NCBI GenBank assembly: GCA_963666485.2
Contig: CAXXUO010000001.1
Coordinates: 384,001-448,000, forward strand
DNA length: 64,000 nucleotides
Source of the DNA: Syntrophorhabdaceae bacterium
GTDB taxonomy: Bacteria > Desulfobacterota > Syntrophorhabdia > Syntrophorhabdales > Syntrophorhabdaceae
Direction of reading: 5' to 3'
Shown here: piece after piece, positions 9,950 through 20,900 of the stretch
How positions within the stretch are numbered: position 1 is the stretch's first letter
How the letters are laid out: each line of letters begins with the position of its first letter
Notes under the pieces: model-generated
The model's input: only the letters and a program-made list of their open reading frames with translations
Database searches by the model: none
Told to the model about the DNA's origin: nothing
Translations under genes and position numbers: made by a program

Positions 9950-11462
9950 GGTGCGGCAGCCTTATCGTCATTGTCGTCCCTTTTCCAACCTCGCTTACGG
10001 CGGATATCGTACCGCCGTGCTCTTCCACAAACCTTTTCGTTATGGCCAGGCCGAGCCCGATGCCGAGTTTTTTCGTCGAGTAATAAGGTTCGAATATCCT
10101 CTCAAGCTCGTCCCCGGGTATGCCCTGACCGGTATCGGACACCGCAAGACATGCCATGCCGTTCTCCTCGGCGCATTCTATGCGCACCTGCCCCGAGTCC
10201 TCGATCGACTGTATCGCGTTCACGATAAGATTGATGAGGCTCAAGCGTATGTATTCCCGGTCGCAATAGATCGTGCCCACCCCGTTGCAGGATGTCGTCA
10301 CTTCGATGCCGCTGCGGACCTTGTCCCCGATGGTAATGAGCGCTTCCTCGATAAGGTCGCCGAGCGGGACGTCGTCCTTGTGAAGTGTTATGGACTTGCC
10401 GAGGAAGAGGAAGTTGTGGATCAGCTCGTTTATCCGGTAGACCTCTTTGACCAGGCTGTCGAGGAGCCCTACCAGTTGCTCCTTGTCGGAGATCGTCTCT
10501 TCCGAGATCTGCTCCTTGATGTGCCCGATCGACAGCGTCAGGAAATTGAGCGGGTTGCGTATCTCGTGGGCGATGCCGGATGAAAGCTGGCCGATAAGCG
10601 ACAATTGTTCCGATTTTTTGAGCTTTTCTTCAAGTTCCTTCTGCTCGCTCAACTTTTCGACCATTTCATTGAAGCTCGAGACCAGTGTCCCGATCTCATC
10701 CTTCCTGTCCGTGGGGCCTATCTTAACGAGCTCGCCCATAGCGATCTTCCGGCTGGCGGTCGCAATCCTCTTTATCGGCTCCGTGTATTTTTCCGCGATG
10801 ACGAGACACACGATGATGCCGATCGTGAATGCGAAGATCATGCTCAGGATCCTTTTGACCTGGTTGCGGTTCTGCAGGAGCCGGTAATCGTCGAGGGCCA
10901 TGTTTATATGGATATAGCCGATGTTCTGCCCCTTGATGGAAACGGGCATGATGATATTGTAGAGCCTCTGCGTCCCGCTGCGGTGCTCGTCGCCGAGACG
11001 GGCGGTTATCATGAGGTCTTTCTTCCGGCTTGCCGGTTTTTTCTCGGTTATCTTCGTCGTCGTGCCGATCTTCTTCGGGTCGGAGCTCGCGATGACCTCG
11101 GATTTGTCGCTGACAATGGAGATCTCCTTGATTCCCTTCTTGTTGAGCATATCGACGTAGCTTTTGAGACGCGCGGTTGAATCCCCGCGGTAGGTCAACT
11201 CCTCGACGCTTATCTGGATCGCTTTCGTGATATCGTCGATATTGTCGCCCACCTTGTCGAGCAGGGCCTCCTCGGCCCGTGTATAGATTATGGTCAGGGA
11301 ACCGATCGAAATTAACAGCAGAAGGAAAAGGATGAGAAGGAGCTGGGTCCTCAACGACAGGCTCCTGAAGATCGTCTTTATACGCGCATAGAACGCGGAC
11401 GACCCGGCCTTGAAGCCGGACCCGTTGTTCCTGTCGCCGTTATGCATGGTCTTATCGCTCAT
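9939..11462 (-). CDS. HAMP-domain sensor histidine kinase
   Basis: Two TM helices, HAMP (DEIGTLVSSFNEM), H-box AHEIRNPL, N/G1/F/G2 boxes. Confidence 0.95.
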   Translation of the reverse strand: MSDKTMHNGDRNNGSGFKAGSSAFYARIKTIFRSLSLRTQLLLILFLLLLISIGSLTIIYTRAEEALLDKVGDNIDDITKAIQISVEELTYRGDSTARLKSYVDMLNKKGIKEISIVSDKSEVIASSDPKKIGTTTKITEKKPASRKKDLMITARLGDEHRSGTQRLYNIIMPVSIKGQNIGYIHINMALDDYRLLQNRNQVKRILSMIFAFTIGIIVCLVIAEKYTEPIKRIATASRKIAMGELVKIGPTDRKDEIGTLVSSFNEMVEKLSEQKELEEKLKKSEQLSLIGQLSSGIAHEIRNPLNFLTLSIGHIKEQISEETISDKEQLVGLLDSLVKEVYRINELIHNFLFLGKSITLHKDDVPLGDLIEEALITIGDKVRSGIEVTTSCNGVGTIYCDREYIRLSLINLIVNAIQSIEDSGQVRIECAEENGMACLAVSDTGQGIPGDELERIFEPYYSTKKLGIGLGLAITKRFVEEHGGTISAVSEVGKGTTMTIRLPHHEG

Positions 11463-12813
11463 GGTGGTCGAGATACGCCTCGATGCGGCTGTTTATTATG
11501 CCGGTGGGAACAAGGGGAAAGACGTCTTTCAGCGGCGGCCCGTCCGGCCTTCCCGTAACAAATGCGCGCAATATCATGAAAAGGTCCTTCTTCCTGACAT
11601 TCTCCCGCATACCGATCCTGTTCGCAAGGTCGTCGAATGAAATTCTTTCAGTTCCAGACAGGAGGCCCTTCATCTCGTGCGCGATCTCGACCGCCCTGTC
11701 CGTCTTGGCGAGATACGTAAGGGCCCGCTCATCGATCCCGGGGGTCGTGAAAATATCCAGGTATCCTTTGAGATCAACGACAGTGGACGCATTCTCGCGG
11801 ACCGCGGATATCCGGTCGGCCTGACCGGCATCGAGCCCTGCTTCCGCGATGAGCTTTTCGAGCGGCATATGCTTTAAATATTCCCTGTTGAACCAGAGAA
11901 GTTTTTCCCTGTCAAAGATATTATCCGATGCCGAGATGGAGTCGAGCGAAAACGTCCGCACGAGCTCATCGAGGTCCATTATCTCGGCGGCCGTGTTCCG
12001 TCCCATCGCGCAGAGGTAGTTGACGAGGGCGTCCCGGACGATGCCCAGGGAACGGAAATCGATAACACGCGTGGCGCCATGCCTTTTGCTCAATGGCTTG
12101 TGGTCAGGCCCGATAAGCAGGGAATGGTGGGCATACCGGGGGGCTCGAGCGTCGAACGCCTGGAAGAGCGCTATCTGTTTCGGCGTGTTCGGGATGTGGT
12201 CGCTGCCCCGTATGACGTCCGTGATCCCCATGAGCATGTCGTCGACGACCACGGCAAGGTTATAGGTCGGGGTCCCGTCATTCCTCAGGATGATAAGGTC
12301 ATCCACGTGGCCGCGCGGGAATGAAAGCTCGCCGCGTATCCCGTCATGAAACGTTATCGGCCGTGCGTCGGCCCGAAAACGGACCGTAAAAGCCCTTCCC
12401 TCACCCGCGAGCCTTTCGGCTTCCCCGGCCGGGAGCTCCCTGCATTTCCCCCCGTAGCGCGGCGGCTCACCCTTTGCGAGCGACCGCTGCCGTGCGGCGG
12501 CGAGTTCTTCTTCCGTGCAGAAGCATTTATAGGCGCGGCCTTTCTCCATGAGCATCTTCGCGTGCTCCGTGTACAGTCCGAGCCTTTCCGACTGGCGCAC
12601 CGGGCCTTCGTCCCACGTTATCCCGAGCCACGCGAGATCGTCTATTATCGATCGCTCGTAGGCCGCCTCGGAGCGCTCCCGGTCCGTATCCTCCATGCGC
12701 AGGACGAACGTCCCGCCTGCCTTGCGGGCAAAGAGATAATTGTACAGCGCGGTTTTCGCGTTCCCGATGTGAAGGTGCCCGGTGGGGCTTGGAGCGAATC
12801 GTACTTTGACCAT
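11452..12813 (-). CDS. gltX: Glutamate--tRNA ligase (copy A)
   Basis: RFAPSPTGHLHIGN, LRMEDTD, RGSDH, PLSKRHG, GPPL. Confidence 0.93.
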   Translation of the reverse strand: MVKVRFAPSPTGHLHIGNAKTALYNYLFARKAGGTFVLRMEDTDRERSEAAYERSIIDDLAWLGITWDEGPVRQSERLGLYTEHAKMLMEKGRAYKCFCTEEELAAARQRSLAKGEPPRYGGKCRELPAGEAERLAGEGRAFTVRFRADARPITFHDGIRGELSFPRGHVDDLIILRNDGTPTYNLAVVVDDMLMGITDVIRGSDHIPNTPKQIALFQAFDARAPRYAHHSLLIGPDHKPLSKRHGATRVIDFRSLGIVRDALVNYLCAMGRNTAAEIMDLDELVRTFSLDSISASDNIFDREKLLWFNREYLKHMPLEKLIAEAGLDAGQADRISAVRENASTVVDLKGYLDIFTTPGIDERALTYLAKTDRAVEIAHEMKGLLSGTERISFDDLANRIGMRENVRKKDLFMILRAFVTGRPDGPPLKDVFPLVPTGIINSRIEAYLDHHER

Positions 12814-12843
12814 GATCGTATCGTGTTTTCCGGATACCTGTAT

Positions 12844-13317
12844 CTAAAGTTTCTCGACGAGAACAACGGCCTGGGCAGCGATGCCTTCGCCGCGCCCGGC
12901 AAATCCAAGGCCCTCTGTCGTCTTTCCCTTGATGCCGACCATCTCCGGGCCGATCGACAGGATGGCAGCTATCCGTTCCTTCATCGCAGGGCGGTACGGC
13001 GCTATCTTCGGCCTCTCGGCAATAACGACGCTGTCCACATTGACGATGCGGTAGCCCCTCTCCCCGGCAAGGGCGGCGATCCTGGCAAGGATGACCGTCG
13101 AGTCGATGTCCTTTATTGCCGCGTCCGTATCCGGGAAATGCACCCCGATGTCGTCTTCCCCGAGTGCTCCAAGAATGGCGTCGGCTATCGCATGGAGAAG
13201 GACATCGGCATCCGAATGGCCGAGAAGGCCCTTGTCAAAAGGGATCTCGACGCCCCCGAGAACAAGCTTTCTTCCGCCTGCGAACCGGTGAACATCGAAA
13301 CCTGTCCCTACCCTCAT
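12844..13317 (-). CDS. ispF: 2-C-methyl-D-erythritol 2,4-cyclodiphosphate synthase
   Basis: [36 protein letters not shown]. Confidence 0.97.
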   Translation of the reverse strand: MRVGTGFDVHRFAGGRKLVLGGVEIPFDKGLLGHSDADVLLHAIADAILGALGEDDIGVHFPDTDAAIKDIDSTVILARIAALAGERGYRIVNVDSVVIAERPKIAPYRPAMKERIAAILSIGPEMVGIKGKTTEGLGFAGRGEGIAAQAVVLVEKL

Positions 13318-14012
13318 ATGTTTCCTTTTAGCTGCTGCAAGAGTCCCTGCGCGATGGTGAGGTCCTCGGGGGTCGTTATTTTCATGTTGTACGGGGACCC
13401 CTCGATCACCTTCACCTTCTTGCCCAGGTGTTCGACGAATGTCGCATCGTCGTAGCCGTAATGCTTCTTCGCCATTCCTTCCCGGTAAGCCTTCATGATA
13501 AGCGGGTATTTAAAGGTCTGCGGGGTCTGCACATGCCAGAGCGACTCCCTCTCCAGGGTCTTTACGACGAAACCTTCCTTCGATATGACCTTCACCGTGT
13601 CCTGCATCGGCAATGCCGGTATGACTGCATCGAACATTTCCATCAGGAAAATGCCTTTTTCAATGAATGCCGGGGAGATAAAAGGCCGGGCCCCGTCATG
13701 TATCACGACCACGTCGCAGGCATGCTCGATCGCCTCGAGCCCGTTCCGCACGGAATCCTGCCTCAGTTTTCCGCCGATGACGATCTTCATTATCTTGTTG
13801 AACTTGTATGTCTCGAGGATCTCCTCCTGGATAAGGGGAAGGTCCTTCTGGTTGACGACGAGATAGATGCCGTCGACCGCATGGCATTCCTCGAAGATCT
13901 GCAGGGTATGCACGATGATCGGTTTGTTCTCGATAAGGAGAAATTGTTTGTTGGTGGCAGCGCCCATCCTTTTTCCTGCACCGCCGGCAAGAATGATAGC
14001 AATTGTTCTCAT
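13314..14012 (-). CDS. ispD: 2-C-methyl-D-erythritol 4-phosphate cytidylyltransferase
   Basis: [35 protein letters not shown]. Confidence 0.97.
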   Translation of the reverse strand: MRTIAIILAGGAGKRMGAATNKQFLLIENKPIIVHTLQIFEECHAVDGIYLVVNQKDLPLIQEEILETYKFNKIMKIVIGGKLRQDSVRNGLEAIEHACDVVVIHDGARPFISPAFIEKGIFLMEMFDAVIPALPMQDTVKVISKEGFVVKTLERESLWHVQTPQTFKYPLIMKAYREGMAKKHYGYDDATFVEHLGKKVKVIEGSPYNMKITTPEDLTIAQGLLQQLKGNI

Positions 14013-14019
14013 TGTGATT

Positions 14020-15063
14020 TCACGCCTGTTCTTCTAGTTGATATTCATCGGGAAAGATAAGGTCTTTTTCCGCCTGCTCCTTGAGCTTCGAGAAGATCAT
14101 TCTGCCCGAAGTCGTCTGCAAAACGCTCGTTACCACGACATCCACGGCTTTTCCCAGATATTTGCGCGCGTCGTCGATCACGACCATGGTGCCGTCGTCG
14201 AGATACCCGATCCCCTGCCCGTGCTCCTTGCCTTCACGGACGACCTTGACGTTCATCTGTTCGCCGGGGAGCATGGTGGGCTTTAAGGACATCGCCAGCT
14301 GGTTCATGTTCAGGACCTCGATGCCCTGAAGCTCGGCGACCTTGTTGAGGTTGTAATCGTTCGTTATGATCTTCCCCCCCAACCGTTTTGCAAGGGCAAT
14401 AAGCTTGGTGTCGACGTCTTTCAATTTCGGGAAGTCATAATCGACGATCTTGACATTGAGGAAGGTCTGCTTCTGCAGCCTGTGAAGGACATCGAGCCCA
14501 CGACGGCCGCGCGTCCTCTTGACCGGGTCCTGGTGATCAGCTACATGCTGGATCTCGTAGAGGACGAACTGGGGGATGAGAAATGTCCCCTGCATGAAAC
14601 CCGTTTCGCAGATATCTGCGATCCGCCCGTCTATGATCGTGCTGGTATCGAGAAGCTTTATGTCCTTTTCTTCCTCGAGCTTGTCGAAAAGAGGGACCTT
14701 CGACAGGTCGAGCGTCTTGCTCTTCTCCTTTCCCAGGACGAACCCGAGGTATCCCATGATGAAATAGAACAGGATGTAGATCGGCAATGTGATGGGGACA
14801 TCCTGAATGAGGGCGAGGAGAAGCCGTGATATAAAGAGGTTCGCTATGAAAAGGCTCACCACGATCCCGACAAGGCTGCCGAGGATGATCTTGAGCGGTA
14901 TATCTTTGAGCTTGGACTCTATCTTGAGGATGCCGTACCCGAGGATGAGGCCGCAGAAGGCGCCGACAAGCCCCCAGATGCCACGCGACAGGAGTTCTTT
15001 CAGTATGAAATAACCGGACAGCGTGGTAACAGTCAGGAGGATTATCTGGACGAATGTATCCAC
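14020..15063 (-). CDS. PIN/TRAM domain membrane protein (YacL-like)
   Basis: N-terminal TMs, LDTSTIIDGRI, RGRRGLD, TNDYNLNKVA, GYLDDGTMVV, QTTSGRMIF. Confidence 0.93.
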   Translation of the reverse strand: MDTFVQIILLTVTTLSGYFILKELLSRGIWGLVGAFCGLILGYGILKIESKLKDIPLKIILGSLVGIVVSLFIANLFISRLLLALIQDVPITLPIYILFYFIMGYLGFVLGKEKSKTLDLSKVPLFDKLEEEKDIKLLDTSTIIDGRIADICETGFMQGTFLIPQFVLYEIQHVADHQDPVKRTRGRRGLDVLHRLQKQTFLNVKIVDYDFPKLKDVDTKLIALAKRLGGKIITNDYNLNKVAELQGIEVLNMNQLAMSLKPTMLPGEQMNVKVVREGKEHGQGIGYLDDGTMVVIDDARKYLGKAVDVVVTSVLQTTSGRMIFSKLKEQAEKDLIFPDEYQLEEQA

Positions 15064-15066
15064 GAA

Positions 15067-15594
15067 TCAGCCTTTATGGTGATTAGCGGTATTCCCTTTC
15101 TGGCTGCTGTTGTTGGCGAGGAAGATCTCTTCTATTTCCTGCTCGATCATTAACTCTTCGGTGCCCAGCGACATGGACAGTTCCTTGGTGATAAGGTTCC
15201 GCGCCATTTCGAACATTTTCTTCTCGCCGAAGGAAAGTTCTTTCCAGTATCGCAGGTTGTAGAGTTCTTTGAGTACTGTCGCAACTTCGTAGATGGAGCC
15301 GCTCTTGATCCTTTCCATGTATTCTTTGTAGCGCCGGTTCCAGGGTGAATTATCGTGGACAATGTTCTTGTCCTTCAATATATCGTACACCCTGAAAACC
15401 TCGGTGGCCTCGATCACTGTCCTCAGCCCCGCATTTTTTGCACCGTCGATCGGGATCATGATGGTCATGTCCGTGTCGAGAATACGAATAATGTAAAACG
15501 ACTGCTTGGTACCGGAAAATTCTTTTTCTTCGATAGATTCTATCCGGCCAACTCCGTGTCCCGGGTATACTGCAACTTCTCCTACATCAAACAT
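15067..15594 (-). CDS. carD: CarD/CdnL family transcriptional regulator
   Basis: VYPGHGVG, WNRRY, LSFGEKKM; SD GGAGG. Confidence 0.92.
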   Translation of the reverse strand: MFDVGEVAVYPGHGVGRIESIEEKEFSGTKQSFYIIRILDTDMTIMIPIDGAKNAGLRTVIEATEVFRVYDILKDKNIVHDNSPWNRRYKEYMERIKSGSIYEVATVLKELYNLRYWKELSFGEKKMFEMARNLITKELSMSLGTEELMIEQEIEEIFLANNSSQKGNTANHHKG

Positions 15595-15774
15595 TACGCC
15601 TCCGATAAATTGTCATCGTTTTTCGGCCAGGTTCCATATTGTAGCATAATTTTGACCAAAATTAAATACGTAAGTCTTTTTAGGTAATTATGTGCAGTGA
15701 ATTCAGGGATGCGCCCCCGTTTGGCCGCCTTTTACGGGCGTTAACGACCGGGGCATACGAGGGAAGTTGCGGGC

Positions 15775-16371
15775 TTATCTCTTCTGTTCGGCGAGTTTGA
15801 ATTTCAGGTCCGTCATAACCCTCATCAGGTTTTTCTCTTTAGCGAGGTCCATCGCGGTCCTGTTCTGCTTGTTCACGACCGAGAGGTCGGTGTTGCGGGC
15901 AATAAGATAATTTATTATCCCGGCAAATTTATTATTGATGGCACACATAAGCGGGCTGTTCCCGGCGTTATCGCGTACATTGATATCCGCCCCGTTCTCG
16001 ACGAGCGCACGGACTATTTCCATATACCCGCTGCAGGCCGCAAAGTTCATGACATTGCCCCCGTCCACATCAGGGGCATCCGGGTCGGCGCCCCGCGATA
16101 GCAGCAGCCGCAGGACCCCGACCTGGTTGTTCCTGCAGGCATAGGCGACGGCAGATTGCCCCCGGCTGTTCTTCGCGTTGACATCGGCGCCCTTGTCGAT
16201 GAGAAACCGGGCCGTATCGGTAAATCCGTGCTGCGCCGCGCACATGAGCGGGGTTTTACCGGCCGGGTCTGTCCCGTTGATATCCGCCCCGTCTTCGACG
16301 ACCCGCACCACGGCCTCGGCATCGCCTTTCTGGCAGACAAGCATCAATCGTTCGGTATCTTCTGCGGCCAT
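15775..16371 (-). CDS. Ankyrin repeat protein
   Basis: Repeated GADIN/GADVN..G.TPLM.A units. Confidence 0.9.
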   Translation of the reverse strand: MAAEDTERLMLVCQKGDAEAVVRVVEDGADINGTDPAGKTPLMCAAQHGFTDTARFLIDKGADVNAKNSRGQSAVAYACRNNQVGVLRLLLSRGADPDAPDVDGGNVMNFAACSGYMEIVRALVENGADINVRDNAGNSPLMCAINNKFAGIINYLIARNTDLSVVNKQNRTAMDLAKEKNLMRVMTDLKFKLAEQKR

Positions 16372-16538
16372 ATAGTGACAGTATATCCGATGATGGAAAA
16401 AAGAAAAGCTTTTTTCACATGCTGAACATGATCTGCCACCCCTGAAAGCGCCTTAATGCACGCGTCCCAAAAATGGATTGATGCCTGCAGGATTTTCCTT
16501 TATAATCACTAACAATCTTTCATCTGGAGGCAATCATA

Positions 16539-17942
16539 ATGGTTAGATCAAGGTTCGCGCCGAGTCCGACGGGGAACTTGCACATCGGCGGCGCCAGGAC
16601 CGCGCTCTTCAACTACCTGTACAGCAAACATCACGGGGGCGTCTTTGTCCTGAGGATCGAGGATACCGATATCGAGAGGTCCCGTGACGAATATGTGGAC
16701 GATATCCTCGGCGGGCTTTCCTGGCTGGGGCTTGATTGGGATGAAGGGCCCTTCTATCAGAAGGACCGGATGGACCTGTACCGGGAGCACGCGGAAAAGC
16801 TCCTCAAACAGGGGCTTGCGTATAAATGCTACTGCAGCGCCGAGATTCTCGAGGAAAAGAGAAAGGCGGCCCTGAAGGAAGGCGGGAAGCCCCATTACGA
16901 CCGGACGTGCAGGGACCTGCCGCCGGACGACCCGGCACAGGCGGGCAAACCGTACGTGGTGCGTTTCCGGACACCCATCACGGGAGAGGTGAGCTTTACC
17001 GACCTCGTGCGCGGACCGATCACGTTCAAGTGCGAAGAACTCGACGACCTCATCATACTGCGCACCGACGGAACACCGACATACAATTTCACGGTCGTTA
17101 TAGACGATGCACTGATGGGGATAACTCATATAGTGCGCGGCGATGACCATATAAATAACACACCTCGCCAGATAGTGATCTACGAGGCCCTGCACTACCC
17201 TGTGCCTCAATTCGCCCACGTGCCGCTCATCCACGGGAAGGACAAAACCCGTCTTTCCAAGAGGCATGGCGCGACGAGCCTTCTCGAGTACCGCAACGAC
17301 GGGTTCCTCCCCGAGGCGGTCATGAACTACCTCGCACGCTTAGGCTGGGCGCACGGCGACCAGGAGATATTCTCCCGGCAGGAACTGATCGAAACGTTCG
17401 ACCTGCCCGCGGTCGGGAAGTCCCCTTCCGTTTTCGACATGGACAAATTGACCTGGCTCAACACGCATTACCTGAAAACGCTGCCCGAGGATGATATAGC
17501 CGGGCGGCTTCTGCCTTTTCTCGAAAAGATCGGAATAAAAGCCGTCAACAATGCACGCCTCGTAAAGATCGTCGTGAACCTCCGGGAACGGGCGAAGACC
17601 CTCAAGGACATGGCGCAGATGGCGGAATATTTCTTCCGGGACGATCATGCGGTCGATGACGCGGCGGTAGCGAAATTTCTCACACCCGCCACGAAACCGA
17701 TACTCGAGGACTTCGCCGCGTCTGTGAAGAACATCACGTCGATGGATGATGCAGAAAACCTGAAAACGGAACTCGAAGGCCTGACAAAAAAATATAATGT
17801 CAAGCCCGTCGCGGTGATCCAGCCGATCAGGGTGGCGCTGTGCGGCAAGACCGTCAGCCCCGGCATCTTCGATGTTATCGCCATATTAGGGAAAGAAACC
17901 GTCGAAAGACGTATCAGGAAAGCGATCGAATCGATCCAATGA
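16539..17942 (+). CDS. gltX: Glutamate--tRNA ligase (copy B)
   Basis: RFAPSPTGNLHIGG, RGDDH, RLSKRHGA, SPGIF; SD GGAGG. Confidence 0.96.
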   Translation: MVRSRFAPSPTGNLHIGGARTALFNYLYSKHHGGVFVLRIEDTDIERSRDEYVDDILGGLSWLGLDWDEGPFYQKDRMDLYREHAEKLLKQGLAYKCYCSAEILEEKRKAALKEGGKPHYDRTCRDLPPDDPAQAGKPYVVRFRTPITGEVSFTDLVRGPITFKCEELDDLIILRTDGTPTYNFTVVIDDALMGITHIVRGDDHINNTPRQIVIYEALHYPVPQFAHVPLIHGKDKTRLSKRHGATSLLEYRNDGFLPEAVMNYLARLGWAHGDQEIFSRQELIETFDLPAVGKSPSVFDMDKLTWLNTHYLKTLPEDDIAGRLLPFLEKIGIKAVNNARLVKIVVNLRERAKTLKDMAQMAEYFFRDDHAVDDAAVAKFLTPATKPILEDFAASVKNITSMDDAENLKTELEGLTKKYNVKPVAVIQPIRVALCGKTVSPGIFDVIAILGKETVERRIRKAIESIQ

Positions 17943-20900
17943 AATTAGCCAGGCTCGAAATTTTCGGCTTCAAATCATTCCTCAACCGTACCGTCTTCCA
18001 ATTCGGTGAAGGTATAACGTCCGTTGTCGGCCCCAACGGCTGCGGCAAGAGCAATATCGTCGACGCGATCGTCTGGGTCCTCGGAGAGCGGGGAACGAAA
18101 AGCCTCCGGGTCAAGGACATGGGCGACGTCATATTCCACGGGACGAACGGGAAGAGGCCCGTGAATATCGCCGAGGTCACGCTCGACCTGACCGAAGGCC
18201 AGACCGAGCTTGTCGTAAAGCGGCGCATATATCGCGACGGGACGAACGAGTATTCCCTCAATGGTAAGATCGTCCGGCTGAAGGATGTCCAGGACGCGTT
18301 CCTCGGCACCGGGCTCGGCACGAACTCGTACGCCATCATCGAGCAGGGGCGGATCGAGGCCCTCATAAACATGAGACCCCCCGAGCGGCGGGTCGTCATC
18401 GAAGAGGCGAGCGGCATTACACGATTCGAAGAGAAGAAACGGGACGCCATCTCCCGGATGACGGAGACGGCCGCGAACCTCGAGCGCATCGAGGACGTCT
18501 ACCGTGAGGTCACCTCTTCGTTCGGCAAGGCCGAGCAGGAATGGGAGAGATGGAAGGCATACCAGGAGCTCGCCGACCGTCTCCACGAGATCGACAAGCA
18601 GCTTCTCCTCGACGGGCATGCAAAGGTCTTGAAGCGCATGGCGAAGGTGCGCGAGAGGCAGGCCGATCTCGACGAAGAGATCCTTCAGAAGGAAGCCGAA
18701 AAGGCGACGCTCAAGGAAGAATTCGACGCGAAAGAAAGTGAGTTCGCGCTCACCGACAAGATCATCCGGCAACTGGAGGTCGACCTCAAGAGCAAAGAGA
18801 AGGACATGGAAAACCGCCTTCTCGAAATGGACTACCTCAGGGACGAGATAAAGCGCCTTGACGAGGCCGTAAAAGGCCTTGCGGGCGAAGAATCGTCAAT
18901 AGCGCAGGACATAATCCGGCAGGAGAACGAGATAAAGGCGCTCGACGAAAAAGCGTCCGTCATCGGGTCCGAGCTTGATTCCGAAAAGGAAAAAGAGCTC
19001 ACAATGCGGTCCGTCGCGGAATCGTTCAAGGCCGGTACAGAGGAAAAGGAGAAAGAGCTCGAGGACGCACGGACGCGGCTTTTCGTCACCATGAGCTCTT
19101 TGACCGAAACGCGCAACAAGATAGCCGAGATCGACCGGCTTGCACAGGAAAAGCAGAAGCGCAGGGAACGGCAGGCGGCCGAGCGCAATGAGCTCGAGAC
19201 TGCCCTGTCCTCGATAAAGGAAAAAAGCGCGGCGCTCGAAGGACAACTGCGTGCGGCGATCGAGGAGAGAGAATCCCTTGCCGCCCGTGAATCCGCAGCC
19301 CTTAGCGAGCGAGATGCAACGTCCCAGGAGATCGAGAAAATAAAAGGCCTCATCGAGCGCCTGCGCGGCGAGAGGCAGGTCAAGGAGAATTTTCTCCGGC
19401 AGCTCGGGGGATATATCGGGGATTCACCCGATGCCGTCCGGCCCGAAGACAAGCTCGCCAATCTCATCAAGATCGAGGAAACGAAAATAAAGGCCGTCGA
19501 ACGCTTCTTCCAGGAAGAGCTCGAGTACGAGGTCATAAAAGGCGATTCTGTCGAATCGATGGCCCGGGAAGTCCTGAACAAAGAAGGCAACAGGATATTC
19601 TTCCCTCCAAAAGGGATGTTCAAAAGATCGGGCGGCGACATAGAGGTCGATATCTCGTGGACCGCCGGCGTCGAGGATGCCCTCGCGCGGATCGCATCCG
19701 GCGCGGAAGGCATATTCATCAATGATGACATCTACGTTGACTCGCGCGGCATCATATTGAGCGGCACGGGCGCGCGGAAGATAGACGTGCGGCAGTTCAA
19801 GGAAAAGTTGAAGCTGGAAAAAGAGCTCAAGACGCTCGCCGCCGATATTGAACGCGAGTCAAACACGCTGAAAGGCCTGAGGCCGGGCCTTGAGGGTGCC
19901 GAGGCGAAATACCGGGCCGCGCGCGGGGAGCGTGAAGCACAGGAAGGAAGGGTCAAGGCGTATGAAAAAGACCTTCTCCTGACAGAGGCGCAGCTCAAGA
20001 ACGCGTCCGACAGGCTCGCCGCCCTCGACGCGATGTCGGAGCCCGCCGACGATGCCTCACCGGAGGTCGTACAGGCGCTGGAAAATGAGCGCAGCGGTTT
20101 CGAAGCGGAAAAGATCGGGATAGAATCATCGATGGCCGCTTTGCGGGACGCCATAGCCGGGTTGAAGAAAGAGCACGAGGCCGCGCAGTCGGCATGGCAC
20201 GCGGTAACGATCGATATCGAGAGAAAGATGAACATGCTCAAATCGATAGGTGAGATGAGAGACCGCGCCGTGTCGGCCATACAGTCCCTGAACGGCCAGG
20301 CCGCAGGACTGAAAGACAAGGCGGCGGCGGCGCAGAAAGAGATAGACAACCGCACGAACAAGATAAATTACCTCGAGCGTTCCTACGAGGAATTGCAGGC
20401 GGACCTGGAGAAGCATGTCGGGCGATTTGAAGAGCTCAAGGTCATGCTCGGAAACCTGCATGAACAAAAACAGGTGATGCAGGAAGCTGTCGAGGCGCTC
20501 GCAAAGGATGCCGACCGGGTCCGTGCGCGCAGGGAAAATACTGAAAAAGACCTCGCCGTTCTCGAGGAAAAACGCCTCACGATCACCGAACGCCTGCGCG
20601 ACACATATGGCGTCGAAAACGCGACAGAGATGTCCGTTCAACTGCCGTCGGATATAGAAGATGAGCGCGAGTCCCTGACGCAGCGCATTAACGAAATGGG
20701 CGAGATCAATTTCCGCGCCGAGAAGGAGTACCTGGAATTGAAGGAAAGGATAACCTTTCTTGACAAGCAGAAGGAAGACCTTCTCACGGCAATGGAATCA
20801 TTGAAGAAAACAATAACGAAGATCGACCAGTTCACAAAAGAGCTCTTTTCCGAGACATTTGAAAAGGTAAATAACGCTTTTATCCGGTTCACGGACCTTT

